DNA of 64,000 nucleotides from Escherichia coli (GTDB lineage Bacteria; Pseudomonadota; Gammaproteobacteria; Enterobacterales; Enterobacteriaceae): NCBI RefSeq assembly GCF_024223415.1, contig NZ_CP100500.1; one strand, 5' to 3'. Shown piece by piece: positions 56,065 to 64,000 of this stretch (position 1 is its first letter; each line of letters starts with the position of its first letter). The notes under the pieces were generated by a model. It saw only the letters and a program-made list of their open reading frames with translations, ran no database searches and was not told where the DNA came from. The position numbers and the translations under genes were made by a program.

Positions 56065-56796
56065 ATGGCTGAATTACTGTTAGGCGTCAACATTGACCAT
56101 ATCGCTACGCTGCGCAACGCGCGCGGTACCGCTTACCCGGATCCGGTGCAGGCCGCGTTTATTGCCGAGCAGGCGGGGGCGGACGGCATTACCGTGCATT
56201 TACGTGAAGATCGCCGCCACATTACTGACCGCGATGTGCGCATCCTGCGTCAGACGCTGGATACCCGCATGAATCTGGAGATGGCGGTGACCGAAGAGAT
56301 GCTGGCGATCGCGGTTGAGACGAAGCCGCATTTTTGCTGCCTGGTACCAGAAAAGCGTCAGGAAGTAACAACCGAAGGCGGCCTGGACGTTGCAGGGCAG
56401 CGTGACAAAATGCGCGATGCCTGCAAACGTCTGGCGGATGCCGGGATTCAGGTTTCTCTGTTTATCGACGCCGATGAAGAGCAGATCAAAGCTGCGGCAG
56501 AGGTTGGCGCACCGTTTATCGAGATCCACACCGGTTGCTATGCTGATGCCAAAACTGACGCCGAACAGGCGCAAGAGCTGGCGCGTATCGCCAAAGCCGC
56601 GACCTTTGCCGCTAGTCTCGGTTTGAAAGTTAACGCTGGACACGGTCTGACCTATCACAACGTAAAAGCCATTGCCGCCATCCCTGAGATGCACGAACTG
56701 AATATCGGTCATGCCATTATTGGTCGTGCAGTGATGACCGGACTGAAAGATGCGGTGGCAGAAATGAAGCGCCTGATGCTGGAAGCGCGTGGCTAA
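56065..56796 (+). CDS. pdxJ: Pyridoxine 5'-phosphate synthase
   Basis: [28 protein letters not shown]..., 243 aa, ATG preceded by GAGGA. Confidence 0.95.
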
Positions 56797-57176
56797 TGGC
56801 AATATTAGGTTTAGGCACGGATATCGTAGAGATCGCTCGCATAGAAGCAGTGATCGCCCGATCCGGTGAGCGCCTGGCACGCCGCGTATTAAGCGATAAC
56901 GAATGGGAAATTTGGAAAACGCACCACCAGCCGGTGCGTTTTCTGGCGAAACGCTTTGCCGTAAAAGAAGCCGCAGCAAAAGCGTTTGGCACCGGGATCC
57001 GCAATGGTCTGGCGTTTAATCAGTTTGAAGTATTTAACGATGAGCTTGGTAAGCCACGGCTGCGACTGTGGGGCGAGGCATTAAAACTGGCGGAAAAGCT
57101 GGGCGTTGCAAATATGCATGTGACGCTGGCCGATGAGCGCCACTATGCTTGCGCCACGGTAATTATTGAAAGTTAA
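56796..57176 (+). CDS. acpS: Holo-ACP synthase
   Basis: 126-aa [35 protein letters not shown]... Confidence 0.95.
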
Positions 57177-57200
57177 AAATAATACCGTTCTCTTTAAAAA

Positions 57201-57236
57201 GTAAAACCCCCGAACTGGTAAGGAACGGGGGTTTTA
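57201..57236. terminator. Bidirectional terminator after acpS
   Basis: GTAAAACCCCCG...CGGGGGTTTTAC with A-run before and T-run after. Confidence 0.6.
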
Positions 57237-57300
57237 CTTTGTAACTTTAATTTAGTGCAGCACGCACCCTCAACAACAGCGATTATGGATCAGGGTAGTT
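57215..57300 (-). ncRNA. ohsC: Candidate OhsC antisense sRNA (approximate bounds)
   Basis: Region 57255-57277 is a direct copy (21/23 nt) of 57503-57525 in the shoB 5' leader, so a minus-strand transcript here would pair with shoB mRNA; the acpS terminator would serve as its terminator. No promoter was identified. Confidence 0.35.
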
Positions 57301-57596
57301 ATCTTTTACAAGCAACTTGCAATCTTTATCATAAAAACTCGAGCCTTTACGAAGAAAGCGATATTGATGGCAAGATTAACGTGACCGCCAATTCGTAAGT
57401 ACATTAAAATTGGTTTCGTTATTGGCGATTTTGCTGTGCTTTACACCATGCCACAGAATTCCCCCATTGAAACGAGTGGTGTCGTCAAAGCTCTGGTGTG
57501 GAGTGCAGCATGCACCCTCAATAACTCGCACGTTCAGTTTTGGGGAGATGTAAGGGCTAATCTGAACGGCTGCATTCCTTGTTTAAGGAAAAACGA

Positions 57597-57677
57597 ATGA
57601 CTGATTGCCGATACCTTATTAAACGGGCCATTAAAATCATCATTGCTGTTTTACAGCTGATCCTTCTGTTCTTATAA
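57597..57677 (+). CDS. shoB: Type I toxin ShoB, 26-aa hydrophobic peptide (MTDCRYLIKRAIKIIIAVLQLILLFL)
   Basis: ATG 6 nt after AAGGAAAAA, read directly to TAA at 57675-57677; below the ORF-track cut-off. Confidence 0.85.
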   Translation: MTDCRYLIKRAIKIIIAVLQLILLFL

Positions 57678-57693
57678 CACAAGGAAACGTACT

Positions 57694-57731
57694 TAAGGTG
57701 CGTCCGGTGAACCAGTCGAACGCACCTTTAA
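57694..57731 (+). terminator. Hairpin after shoB
   Basis: AAGGTGCG-(18 nt)-CGCACCTT followed by an AT-rich run. Confidence 0.45.
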
Positions 57732-57871
57732 TAACTATAAATAAGTGTCTGGGCAGATACTATATAAATTAACTTAGTGAATGTTTGTGCTAATAATCAT
57801 CAATTAAATAAATATAATAGCGTTAAGGTTTCCCTATAAAATAATTAATACTCTACTTCAGGAGCAGAATA

Positions 57872-58141
<270 letters not shown>

Positions 58142-58346
58142 TTACCGTTAAATCATTTTAAAATCAGTAAGTTGTATCGAGTTTGTATGCTTTACTGTCA
58201 TTAACTTACTGTATGTTGATCCAGTGTATTTAACCTTGATAAACTCAGTCCAGCAACACAAAACCGCAACACATTGCATTTTGTCCCGTAGAAAAGACTT
58301 GTATGTGTGAGCTTGTTTTCTGCGCCTACGCAGATAAGGATTGAGA

Positions 58347-59744
58347 ATGCCGCGCACTGTAACACATAATCCGGATAGCCCCAATAATGACGATGTTTTA
58401 GCCGCTTCTGAAAAATGGGACGCCTGTAAACCCCCCTATACCAGCGCACACATGAAAATCTGTGTTGCTGCCGCCAAAATCATCCTCGCTGCTTCCGGCG
58501 TGGCTCGCCGTTCCAAATACGAAAAAGAGAACTATCTCCGTATCGATTTCAGCAAAGCCGGTAAGGTTACATTTTACGCCGAGTTTCCAAAAAAGATGGG
58601 CCTCAAAGGTAAAAAGCTCGGCGAGTGGCCGGAGCTCGCTATCCAGCTGGCGCGCGAAAAAGCACTAGGTATGGCTGACGGTGGACTGCGGGCAGAGTCC
58701 GTACATGCAGCGCTGGAAATGTACCGGGATGACCTCAAAGCCAAAGTAGCCCGTCAGAAGCTGAGCCCGGACAGTTTCACAACCTATGGGGTGCGTATCG
58801 ACCGGATTAAATCAACGTTCGGCGAGCGCGAGGTGTTCAGCGACGTAACATACAGTCGGCTGGTGGAAGTGCTGGACGAGTGGATCGCCACTCGCTCGAA
58901 CAATAACGCCCTGGAGTTGTTTGCCGAGCTCCGTCGGTTCTGGAAGTTCTGCGCACCTACTCTTTGCAACGGCCGCAATGTTGCCGCCAGTCTGCCAGAT
59001 GATTATGTTTCCTCCCGCGTACAGAAACCCACCCCCACACGGCTTTTTACCGATATTGAGTCAATCGCCCGGCTCTGGCTCAATGTTGCCGCCTGCACCT
59101 CTGTACACCAGAAGAATGCTGTTCGCTTCATGATCATCACCGGAGTTCGTCCGATTAATGTCCATAACCTGCGCTGGGACTACGTTCACGAGGAGGTTGG
59201 TGAAATTGTTTATCCGGAAGGGGTTATCGGCATGCGAGGGGCTATGAAAACACAAAAGGCTTTCCGCCTGCCGATAACGCCTGAGATCCGGCGGATTATC
59301 GACGAGCAGAAAGCCTGGCGTGATTCAGTTCCTGAGTGCAACAGGGATTATGTATTTTTGCAGCCACGTGATCCAATGCAGCCATTTTCAAAACGATCAC
59401 TGGATAAGCTGGTGAAAACATACAGCCCGGACGGGGCTGTAAAAGGAATAAAACATGATGGGACTGTTAAAGGGAAAGACGGTGCATTTAATACGATGTG
59501 CCGTAAATTCCTTAAGAGCAATGTTATTGCCTTGATGAAGGAAAGAGGCTATTCCCGATCAGACCGAAGGGAAATCAGCCTCCTTTGCCTTCACCACTCC
59601 AGCAAGTCAGATGACCCGATGGCAGAACATTACGACTTTTCTGATGAGATTTTACAGGAAGAGATTGCGTTAAAGCGCGAAGCTTTCGAGGCTCACGAGC
59701 GGAGCATACTTGCGCAGGTGGCATTGCTACGGCGGCGAGGTTAA
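58347..59744 (+). CDS. Tyrosine-type site-specific integrase (phage integrase family), 465 aa
   Basis: ATG 6 nt after AAGGA; C-terminal catalytic region with ...LHHSSKSD...HYDF and conserved Arg residues; the track ORF starts 2 codons earlier at TTG. Confidence 0.9.
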   Translation: MPRTVTHNPDSPNNDDVLAASEKWDACKPPYTSAHMKICVAAAKIILAASGVARRSKYEKENYLRIDFSKAGKVTFYAEFPKKMGLKGKKLGEWPELAIQLAREKALGMADGGLRAESVHAALEMYRDDLKAKVARQKLSPDSFTTYGVRIDRIKSTFGEREVFSDVTYSRLVEVLDEWIATRSNNNALELFAELRRFWKFCAPTLCNGRNVAASLPDDYVSSRVQKPTPTRLFTDIESIARLWLNVAACTSVHQKNAVRFMIITGVRPINVHNLRWDYVHEEVGEIVYPEGVIGMRGAMKTQKAFRLPITPEIRRIIDEQKAWRDSVPECNRDYVFLQPRDPMQPFSKRSLDKLVKTYSPDGAVKGIKHDGTVKGKDGAFNTMCRKFLKSNVIALMKERGYSRSDRREISLLCLHHSSKSDDPMAEHYDFSDEILQEEIALKREAFEAHERSILAQVALLRRRG

Positions 59745-59941
59745 TACCGGCTGCGACACTTTTGAATAAAAGCGTCGACATTGCGGCGCTCATAACGAAC
59801 TACTTTTGCACTGAAACGAATTGGTGCCAGGATAGCCCGATGACGATGCTTAATATTCCACTCACATAGCGTTTTCTGTGTAATACCTAACTTTTGGCAT
59901 ACTTCATCCGGGGTGAGTAAATCGTCGGGTTTCTCGCTCAT
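59741..59941 (-). CDS. Excisionase/AlpA-family HTH DNA-binding protein, 66 aa (MSEKPDDLLTPDEVCQKLGITQKTLCEWNIKH...)
   Basis: ATG at 59941 preceded by GAGAGG and overlapping the helicase stop (ATGA); the track ORF is extended 66 codons upstream through the helicase gene in another frame. Confidence 0.75.
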   Translation of the reverse strand: MSEKPDDLLTPDEVCQKLGITQKTLCEWNIKHRHRAILAPIRFSAKVVRYERRNVDAFIQKCRSRY

Positions 59942-61332
59942 GCTATACCTCTCTTTTTCATGGCATCGAGCAGGATGTCCTGCACTGTTCGTTTTGAGTT
60001 GCGCCGCTCTATCACCATTTCGTCCATAGTGTCGGCGGCGATAATGTGGTGAATGAACACCGGGCGGTTGTGTCCGGCCTGAATCTGCCGGGTTGGCCCG
60101 ATGCGTTCGATAATTTGTTGGTACTGCTCCAGATTCCACCAGTGCGAGAAAAACACCAGTATGTTTCCGCCGTCCTGCATGTTCAGGCCGTGGCCCGCGC
60201 TGGCTGGGTGTGCAAAGAGAACAGGAATCTTTCCGGAATTCCAGTCGCGCAGTGTCTGTGGATCCTGGTCGAGGTGACGACCGCGAGGGAATGCTTTAAG
60301 CAAGCGTTCAAGATCGTGTTTCCAGTGATAAGCAACCAGCACAGGTGCGCCAGCTGCTTCGGTCAGTATGCTGTCCAGCGCTTGTAGTTTGGTGTCATGC
60401 AGTTCTGACCAACTTCCGGTGTCGTCTGTGTATACTGCGCCACTGGCGATTTGCAGACATTTCAGTGTCTTTGCCGCGGCGTTCGGTGCTTCGATGCCTT
60501 CGCCATTCAGCTCGAGGAACATTTCCTTTTCCATTTCACGATACTGCTGACGGGCCTTCGGCGGCATATCCACGCGGATTACGTTATGGATGGGGTCTTT
60601 GATATCGAACCAGTCGGCCGCATCCAGCGAGAGGGTCACATCGGCTAATGCTCGCTGTATTTCACCCTGTGAGTGAGCAAAAGGCTCCAGTTTAGTCCAG
60701 CTCTGTCCCGGAAACTGTATCGAGTTGAACCAGCGTGAGGTAAACGCACCGTAAGTGCGCCCGAGACGTTGCCCCTGGTCCACAAACCACGATTGTCCCC
60801 ACAAATCTACCAGGCCGTTCGGTGCTGGCGTACCGGTGAGATTTATCCAGCGCCGGACATACTTATGCGCCACTTTGCCCAGCGCCGCTGCGCGCTTACC
60901 ACCACCTCGCAGCCGGAAGGATTTTAGCCGGGTGCTTTCATCCGGAATGACAGTAACGAACGGCCATCGTTCTCCCAATTCCTCAACCAGCCAGACAAGG
61001 TTATCGTAGTTGATGGTGAACACGCTTGCGTTGCTGTTCGCCAGCGCTGCAGAGCGCGCTTTGGCGTTACCAACAATCGGCTGCACCTCAATATTACGCA
61101 GATGCCCCCATTTCAGCGCTTCATCCGGCCATGTGTTTGCTGCAACACGTAGCGGCGCGAGGACCAGCGCGGGGCGTGTTTCTGCCCCTGCCATAAAGAG
61201 ATCTTCCAGCGTAGTGAGCGTTGCCACGGTTTTACCCATCCCCATCCCTGCCCAGATGTTGCCGCGCAGGGTTTCGGTTTCGTGGTTGATGATGAGGTCC
61301 TGGTAAGGGCGAGGCGTGAAAATTTGTCCCAT
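59938..61332 (-). CDS. SNF2/DEAD-like superfamily II helicase (phage replication/recombination)
   Basis: 464-aa ORF with Walker A (GMGMGKT), DExx (VIPDEST), TGTP and C-terminal helicase motifs (HPASAGHGLNMQ, QQIIERIGPTRQ). Confidence 0.85.
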   Translation of the reverse strand: MGQIFTPRPYQDLIINHETETLRGNIWAGMGMGKTVATLTTLEDLFMAGAETRPALVLAPLRVAANTWPDEALKWGHLRNIEVQPIVGNAKARSAALANSNASVFTINYDNLVWLVEELGERWPFVTVIPDESTRLKSFRLRGGGKRAAALGKVAHKYVRRWINLTGTPAPNGLVDLWGQSWFVDQGQRLGRTYGAFTSRWFNSIQFPGQSWTKLEPFAHSQGEIQRALADVTLSLDAADWFDIKDPIHNVIRVDMPPKARQQYREMEKEMFLELNGEGIEAPNAAAKTLKCLQIASGAVYTDDTGSWSELHDTKLQALDSILTEAAGAPVLVAYHWKHDLERLLKAFPRGRHLDQDPQTLRDWNSGKIPVLFAHPASAGHGLNMQDGGNILVFFSHWWNLEQYQQIIERIGPTRQIQAGHNRPVFIHHIIAADTMDEMVIERRNSKRTVQDILLDAMKKRGIA

Positions 61333-61376
61333 AGTATTTTAGCCAGTAGGGCGCGGGATAATCCCGCGCAAGAATG

Positions 61377-62099
61377 TCAGATTAGATCGGCGTAATAGGT
61401 GAAGTTGCCAAACTGCGGATGCCTCCAGCGCTTGCGGTTACCTTTCGGCGGTGTCGATTCGTTTAACAGCTTTTGAGCTGCTTGTTCGATCGCCGGAAGG
61501 TTAACGAGCAATCCCCGAACACCGGTGTCTGAACGTACCGGTATCCTGGCGAAGCCGATCAATTTCCGGCATGTTGAATCAGATAAACCTGTTTTCCATG
61601 CTGCTTTGCTGACGGGGACATATTCACCTTCAACATGAGATAAATTCGCTGGTGCGGCTGGTTGAGAATAGCCAGTTGCATCAAGACAGGCTTTCATTGT
61701 TGCTTCTGCTACGACGCGAGCAAGCTGGACGATGCCGTCGTTGATCGTAATGCTTGGCGCGGGCGCTGCTGATATTTGAACCTGCTCTTTTTCCCTTTCA
61801 AGTTCTTGCCAGCGGTCAACGATTTGTGCAGTGAATTCAGGACAGAGTTGAGCGACTACAACAATGCTATCGCGTCTGCCTTGTTCTCCTTCAAAGTTAT
61901 ATACTTCATCTTTGACTGTGTGGCCTAAGTTATTGATTCTTTCGATAAACGCCGTTGGCGGTTTTCGTATGATATCGCGCTCGACCAGTCTTTCGATGCT
62001 ACGTTTGACGTCACCCGGACGGCTACCTACCAGATCGGCAATCTCCTTATGGGTCATTGAAAGTTGCTTGGTATCGTTTATCAGTGTTAGAGTATTCAT
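61377..62099 (-). CDS. Rha-family phage regulatory protein / antirepressor, 240 aa
   Basis: N-terminal MTHKEIADLVGSRPGDVKRSIERLVERDII resembles the Rha domain; C-terminal region resembles antirepressor DNA-binding domains. Confidence 0.7.
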   Translation of the reverse strand: MNTLTLINDTKQLSMTHKEIADLVGSRPGDVKRSIERLVERDIIRKPPTAFIERINNLGHTVKDEVYNFEGEQGRRDSIVVVAQLCPEFTAQIVDRWQELEREKEQVQISAAPAPSITINDGIVQLARVVAEATMKACLDATGYSQPAAPANLSHVEGEYVPVSKAAWKTGLSDSTCRKLIGFARIPVRSDTGVRGLLVNLPAIEQAAQKLLNESTPPKGNRKRWRHPQFGNFTYYADLI

Positions 62100-62158
62100 G
62101 CTGTATTCTCCATTCAGTTAAAGACGCGCTGATAGTTACCGCTACCAGTGCGTTTTGT

Positions 62159-62335
62159 TTATTCATCCCACGGCTTGTTTGCAGCCTCCCTTGCGGCCTG
62201 CTGCGCAAAATAAATCAATTCAAAAGCTAACTGTTCTCCTTTTTCCAGCGAACTGAGAAGCCTTGCTGTTTCCAGCATGTCCGCGATATACCCGAAAATA
62301 TCTGCCTGATGTAACTGCGTGATCTTGATAGCCAT
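62159..62335 (-). CDS. Small phage protein of unknown function (58 aa from the SD-preceded ATG; 85 aa if the upstream ATG at 62416 is used)
   Basis: ATG at 62335 preceded by GAGG; the upstream 27 codons of the track ORF overlap the palindromic operator-like sites, so the shorter start is preferred. Confidence 0.5.
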   Translation of the reverse strand: MAIKITQLHQADIFGYIADMLETARLLSSLEKGEQLAFELIYFAQQAAREAANKPWDE

Positions 62336-62374
62336 AGCGTTAACCTCGATGGAACCACTGCGGTCCATTTTAGT

Positions 62375-62413
62375 AAACCACCGTGGTTTATTGATGTCAA
62401 CACCACCGTGGTG
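62375..62413. promoter_or_regulatory. Pair of perfect palindromic operator-like sites in a divergent promoter region
   Basis: AAACCAC-C-GTGGTTT (62375-62389) and CACCAC-C-GTGGTG (62401-62413), centres 25 bp apart, between the leftward small-gene/Rha operon and the rightward Mnt-like gene. Confidence 0.5.
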
Positions 62414-62448
62414 CATACTTTGAGAATCGAGTTTATGAGGTAGTTACT

Positions 62449-62763
62449 ATGAGTCGTGAAGATGCGCAGATGAAGATCCGTTTACCTGCGGAACTGAAAG
62501 AATTATTGGAGAATGCAGCCCGTGCTAACGGTCGTTCGTTGAATGCAGAGGTGCTTCAACGCTTAAGATCTTCATTTCCTGCAATAAATAAGCTGGAAAG
62601 CCAGAATACTCATGCGTTTTTATATCTACGACAAGCTGAAGGTATGGGGCTTGGACGCGAAGCTGAATCTTTGCTTAATGAGTGGGGCAAAAATATTGAA
62701 AAAAACACAGAACTCTTAGAAAGACTGCATGAACTCGTAGAAAATCGTTTGGGGAAAAAATAA
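62449..62763 (+). CDS. Ribbon-helix-helix (Arc/Mnt-family) repressor-like protein, 104 aa
   Basis: N-terminus MKIRLPAELKELLENAARANGRSLNAEVLQRLRSSF matches the Arc/Mnt RHH signature; ATG preceded by GAGG. Confidence 0.75.
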   Translation: MSREDAQMKIRLPAELKELLENAARANGRSLNAEVLQRLRSSFPAINKLESQNTHAFLYLRQAEGMGLGREAESLLNEWGKNIEKNTELLERLHELVENRLGKK

Positions 62764-62781
62764 TGTACCGTAACGAAATTG

Positions 62782-62922
62782 TTACTTAAGGTCTTTAGCT
62801 AGCCTGAATAATATTTCTGCATTTACTGAACGCATATTTTTCTTTGCTGTTTTCTTTAACTCCTCCGCTAATGCGCGGGGGATCCGTAATTTAAACTGTA
62901 AGTGCTCATCTGATTTTTTCAC
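62782..62922 (-). CDS. Arc-like ribbon-helix-helix protein, 46 aa (VKKSDEHLQFKLRIPRALAEELKKTAKKNMRSVNAEILFRLAKDLK)
   Basis: GTG start 7 nt after GGAGG, overlapping the VRR-NUC stop (GTGA); translated codon by codon to TAA at 62782-62784; absent from the ORF track. Confidence 0.7.
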   Translation of the reverse strand: MKKSDEHLQFKLRIPRALAEELKKTAKKNMRSVNAEILFRLAKDLK

Positions 62923-63188
62923 AATATCCCCTCCAGATTTTTGCTATCCAGCACCACCACGGTAAAGCCCAGTTTTCGCAGACGTTCATGTTCGCGCAAC
63001 TGGTCAGGTCGTGGTGGTTTGCCTGGCGCTTTGCATTCGACAAAGACGATGCGACCGCCGGGTAGCAGGACAATGCGATCCGGTACCGAGCGGCGACCGG
63101 GAGATACGAACTTAAAGGCCACACCGCCAGCTTTTTTCACTTCAGCGACGAGGTGCTTTTCGATAAGGCTTTCACGTTCACAGGCCAT
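62919..63188 (-). CDS. VRR-NUC domain nuclease, 89 aa
   Basis: ...PDRIVLLPGGRIVFVECKAPGKPPRPDQLREHERLRKLGFTVVVLDSKNLEG matches the VRR-NUC (PD-(D/E)xK-like) pattern. Confidence 0.8.
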   Translation of the reverse strand: MACERESLIEKHLVAEVKKAGGVAFKFVSPGRRSVPDRIVLLPGGRIVFVECKAPGKPPRPDQLREHERLRKLGFTVVVLDSKNLEGIL

Positions 63189-63399
63189 CGTCTGCCACCT
63201 TACGTTTTTCGCGTATGTTCTGCATCAGGCAAAAATCAGATCTGCGCTCACTCCATTCCTGATTGAGCGCGTTACGTGACTGGCGGTTGGCTTTGGCCCA
63301 GACCTTTGCTGCCCGATCGTACGCGCCGGACTGCTCAAGGCACAAAGCCTCCCGTGCAGTCTGGTAATAAAGTGGACTGTCCCGGTATTTAAATGACAT
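63178..63399 (-). CDS. Small phage protein of unknown function, 73 aa
   Basis: ATG-initiated ORF overlapping the VRR-NUC start by 11 nt, same strand. Confidence 0.55.
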   Translation of the reverse strand: MSFKYRDSPLYYQTAREALCLEQSGAYDRAAKVWAKANRQSRNALNQEWSERRSDFCLMQNIREKRKVADDGL

Positions 63400-63415
63400 A
63401 TATTTCGATTCCTGT

Positions 63416-63440
63416 AAAAAGCCCCTGACAGTGCAGGGGC
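63416..63440 (-). terminator. Intrinsic terminator-like hairpin inside the leftward phage operon
   Basis: Minus strand reads GCCCCTG-CACTGT-CAGGGGC followed by TTTTT, between the Bro-N gene stop (63455) and the next gene start (63399). Confidence 0.45.
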
Positions 63441-63454
63441 GGGATTGATTTGAA

Positions 63455-64000
63455 TTAACGAGGTAAGGCTGGTGGAATGTATTTGCCGATGCGGTCTTCT
63501 ATCGTTGGCAGAATACACATGCTGTCGTTAAAGCGATCGTGCAGTTTGTAGACCAGTTTCGAATCAGCCATTTCAAGCGCTGGCATTAACTGAGTCTGCC
63601 AGATTTCGTTGATGCGCCGGAAGTTATGACAGATCGCACGAAGATTATTAATGAACATTTCCTTCTCTGCGTCAGTGACTTCTGTTTGTGTTTTCTGAAT
63701 ACGCTTTGTGCTGCCGTTCCGGTAAAAGCGTTCCTGCGCAGCGACAGCCTCATCCACAGTCGGATAACAGCCAACGTATACGTTTTTCTCGCCGTCCCAT
63801 GCATAAGCCCGGTACGGATTGTATTTGCTCCGGTGATGGTAAATCATCTTCGGCAGACATTCCCTGTGCGGCGCCAGTATCGTGGAGGACTGCGGAACGG
63901 CGGTATCTTTCTCGATAAGGTCAAGCACCCAGCGACGAAATTCTTTGGCTACCGGAGTCGTTGCGAATATTGCTACCAGGTGGGCACCGCGCAGGGAGAA
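63455..64000 (-). CDS. Bro-N/AntA-type antirepressor-like protein with AP2-like C-terminal region (start lies beyond the window)
   Basis: The frame stays open past the track start to the window edge (...FATTPVAKEFRRWVLDLIEKDTAV... is a Bro-N-like motif); C-terminal YRAYAWDGEKNVYVGCYPTVDEAVAAQERF is AP2-like. Confidence 0.7.
   Translation of the reverse strand, partial: FSLRGAHLVAIFATTPVAKEFRRWVLDLIEKDTAVPQSSTILAPHRECLPKMIYHHRSKYNPYRAYAWDGEKNVYVGCYPTVDEAVAAQERFYRNGSTKRIQKTQTEVTDAEKEMFINNLRAICHNFRRINEIWQTQLMPALEMADSKLVYKLHDRFNDSMCILPTIEDRIGKYIPPALPR

Noticed and set aside
57680-57871. AT-rich tract between shoB and yfhL as a possible small gene or sRNA
   Set aside because: No ORF longer than about 8 codons with a ribosome-binding site and no terminator-delimited unit; more likely a promoter or terminator spacer, though an sRNA cannot be excluded from sequence alone.
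59942-60139. The 132-aa track ORF 59741-60139 as one long protein
   Set aside because: Its first 66 codons lie inside the helicase gene in another frame; the SD-preceded ATG at 59941 gives a 66-aa AlpA-like protein of typical size.

Overview
This window is a 64 kb stretch of Escherichia coli-type chromosome covering the conserved ypjA / ssrA-smpB ... rpoE-rseABC-lepAB-rnc-era-recO-pdxJ-acpS-shoB-yfhL block, including one complete rRNA operon (16S, tRNA-Glu, 23S, 5S; rrnG by position). It is reversed relative to conventional K-12 numbering. All gene and product assignments come from reading the supplied ORF translations and sequence and recognising well-known families; no database search was run. 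Two places depart from the K-12 layout. At the left edge, an autotransporter gene ends about 160 bp from the 3' end of tmRNA with no integrase between them, so the CP4-57 attachment site looks unoccupied. At the right edge, directly after yfhL, a phage-derived element begins (tyrosine integrase, excisionase-like HTH, SNF2 helicase, Rha-type and Bro-N-type antirepressors, two ribbon-helix-helix repressors, VRR-NUC nuclease) and runs off the window. The most interesting part is a P22 immI-like control region inside that element: a 46-aa Arc-like gene that is absent from the ORF track, a convergent Mnt-like gene, and two perfect palindromic operator-like sites in a divergent promoter region. I also recovered several small genes below the ORF-track size cut-off (rseD, shoB, pheL, the Arc-like gene) and corrected many starts that the track over-extended through non-AUG codons. 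I found no CRISPR array, no transposase and no recognisable defence system. Nothing here can be called an undescribed system with confidence; the prophage control module is the best candidate for follow-up.
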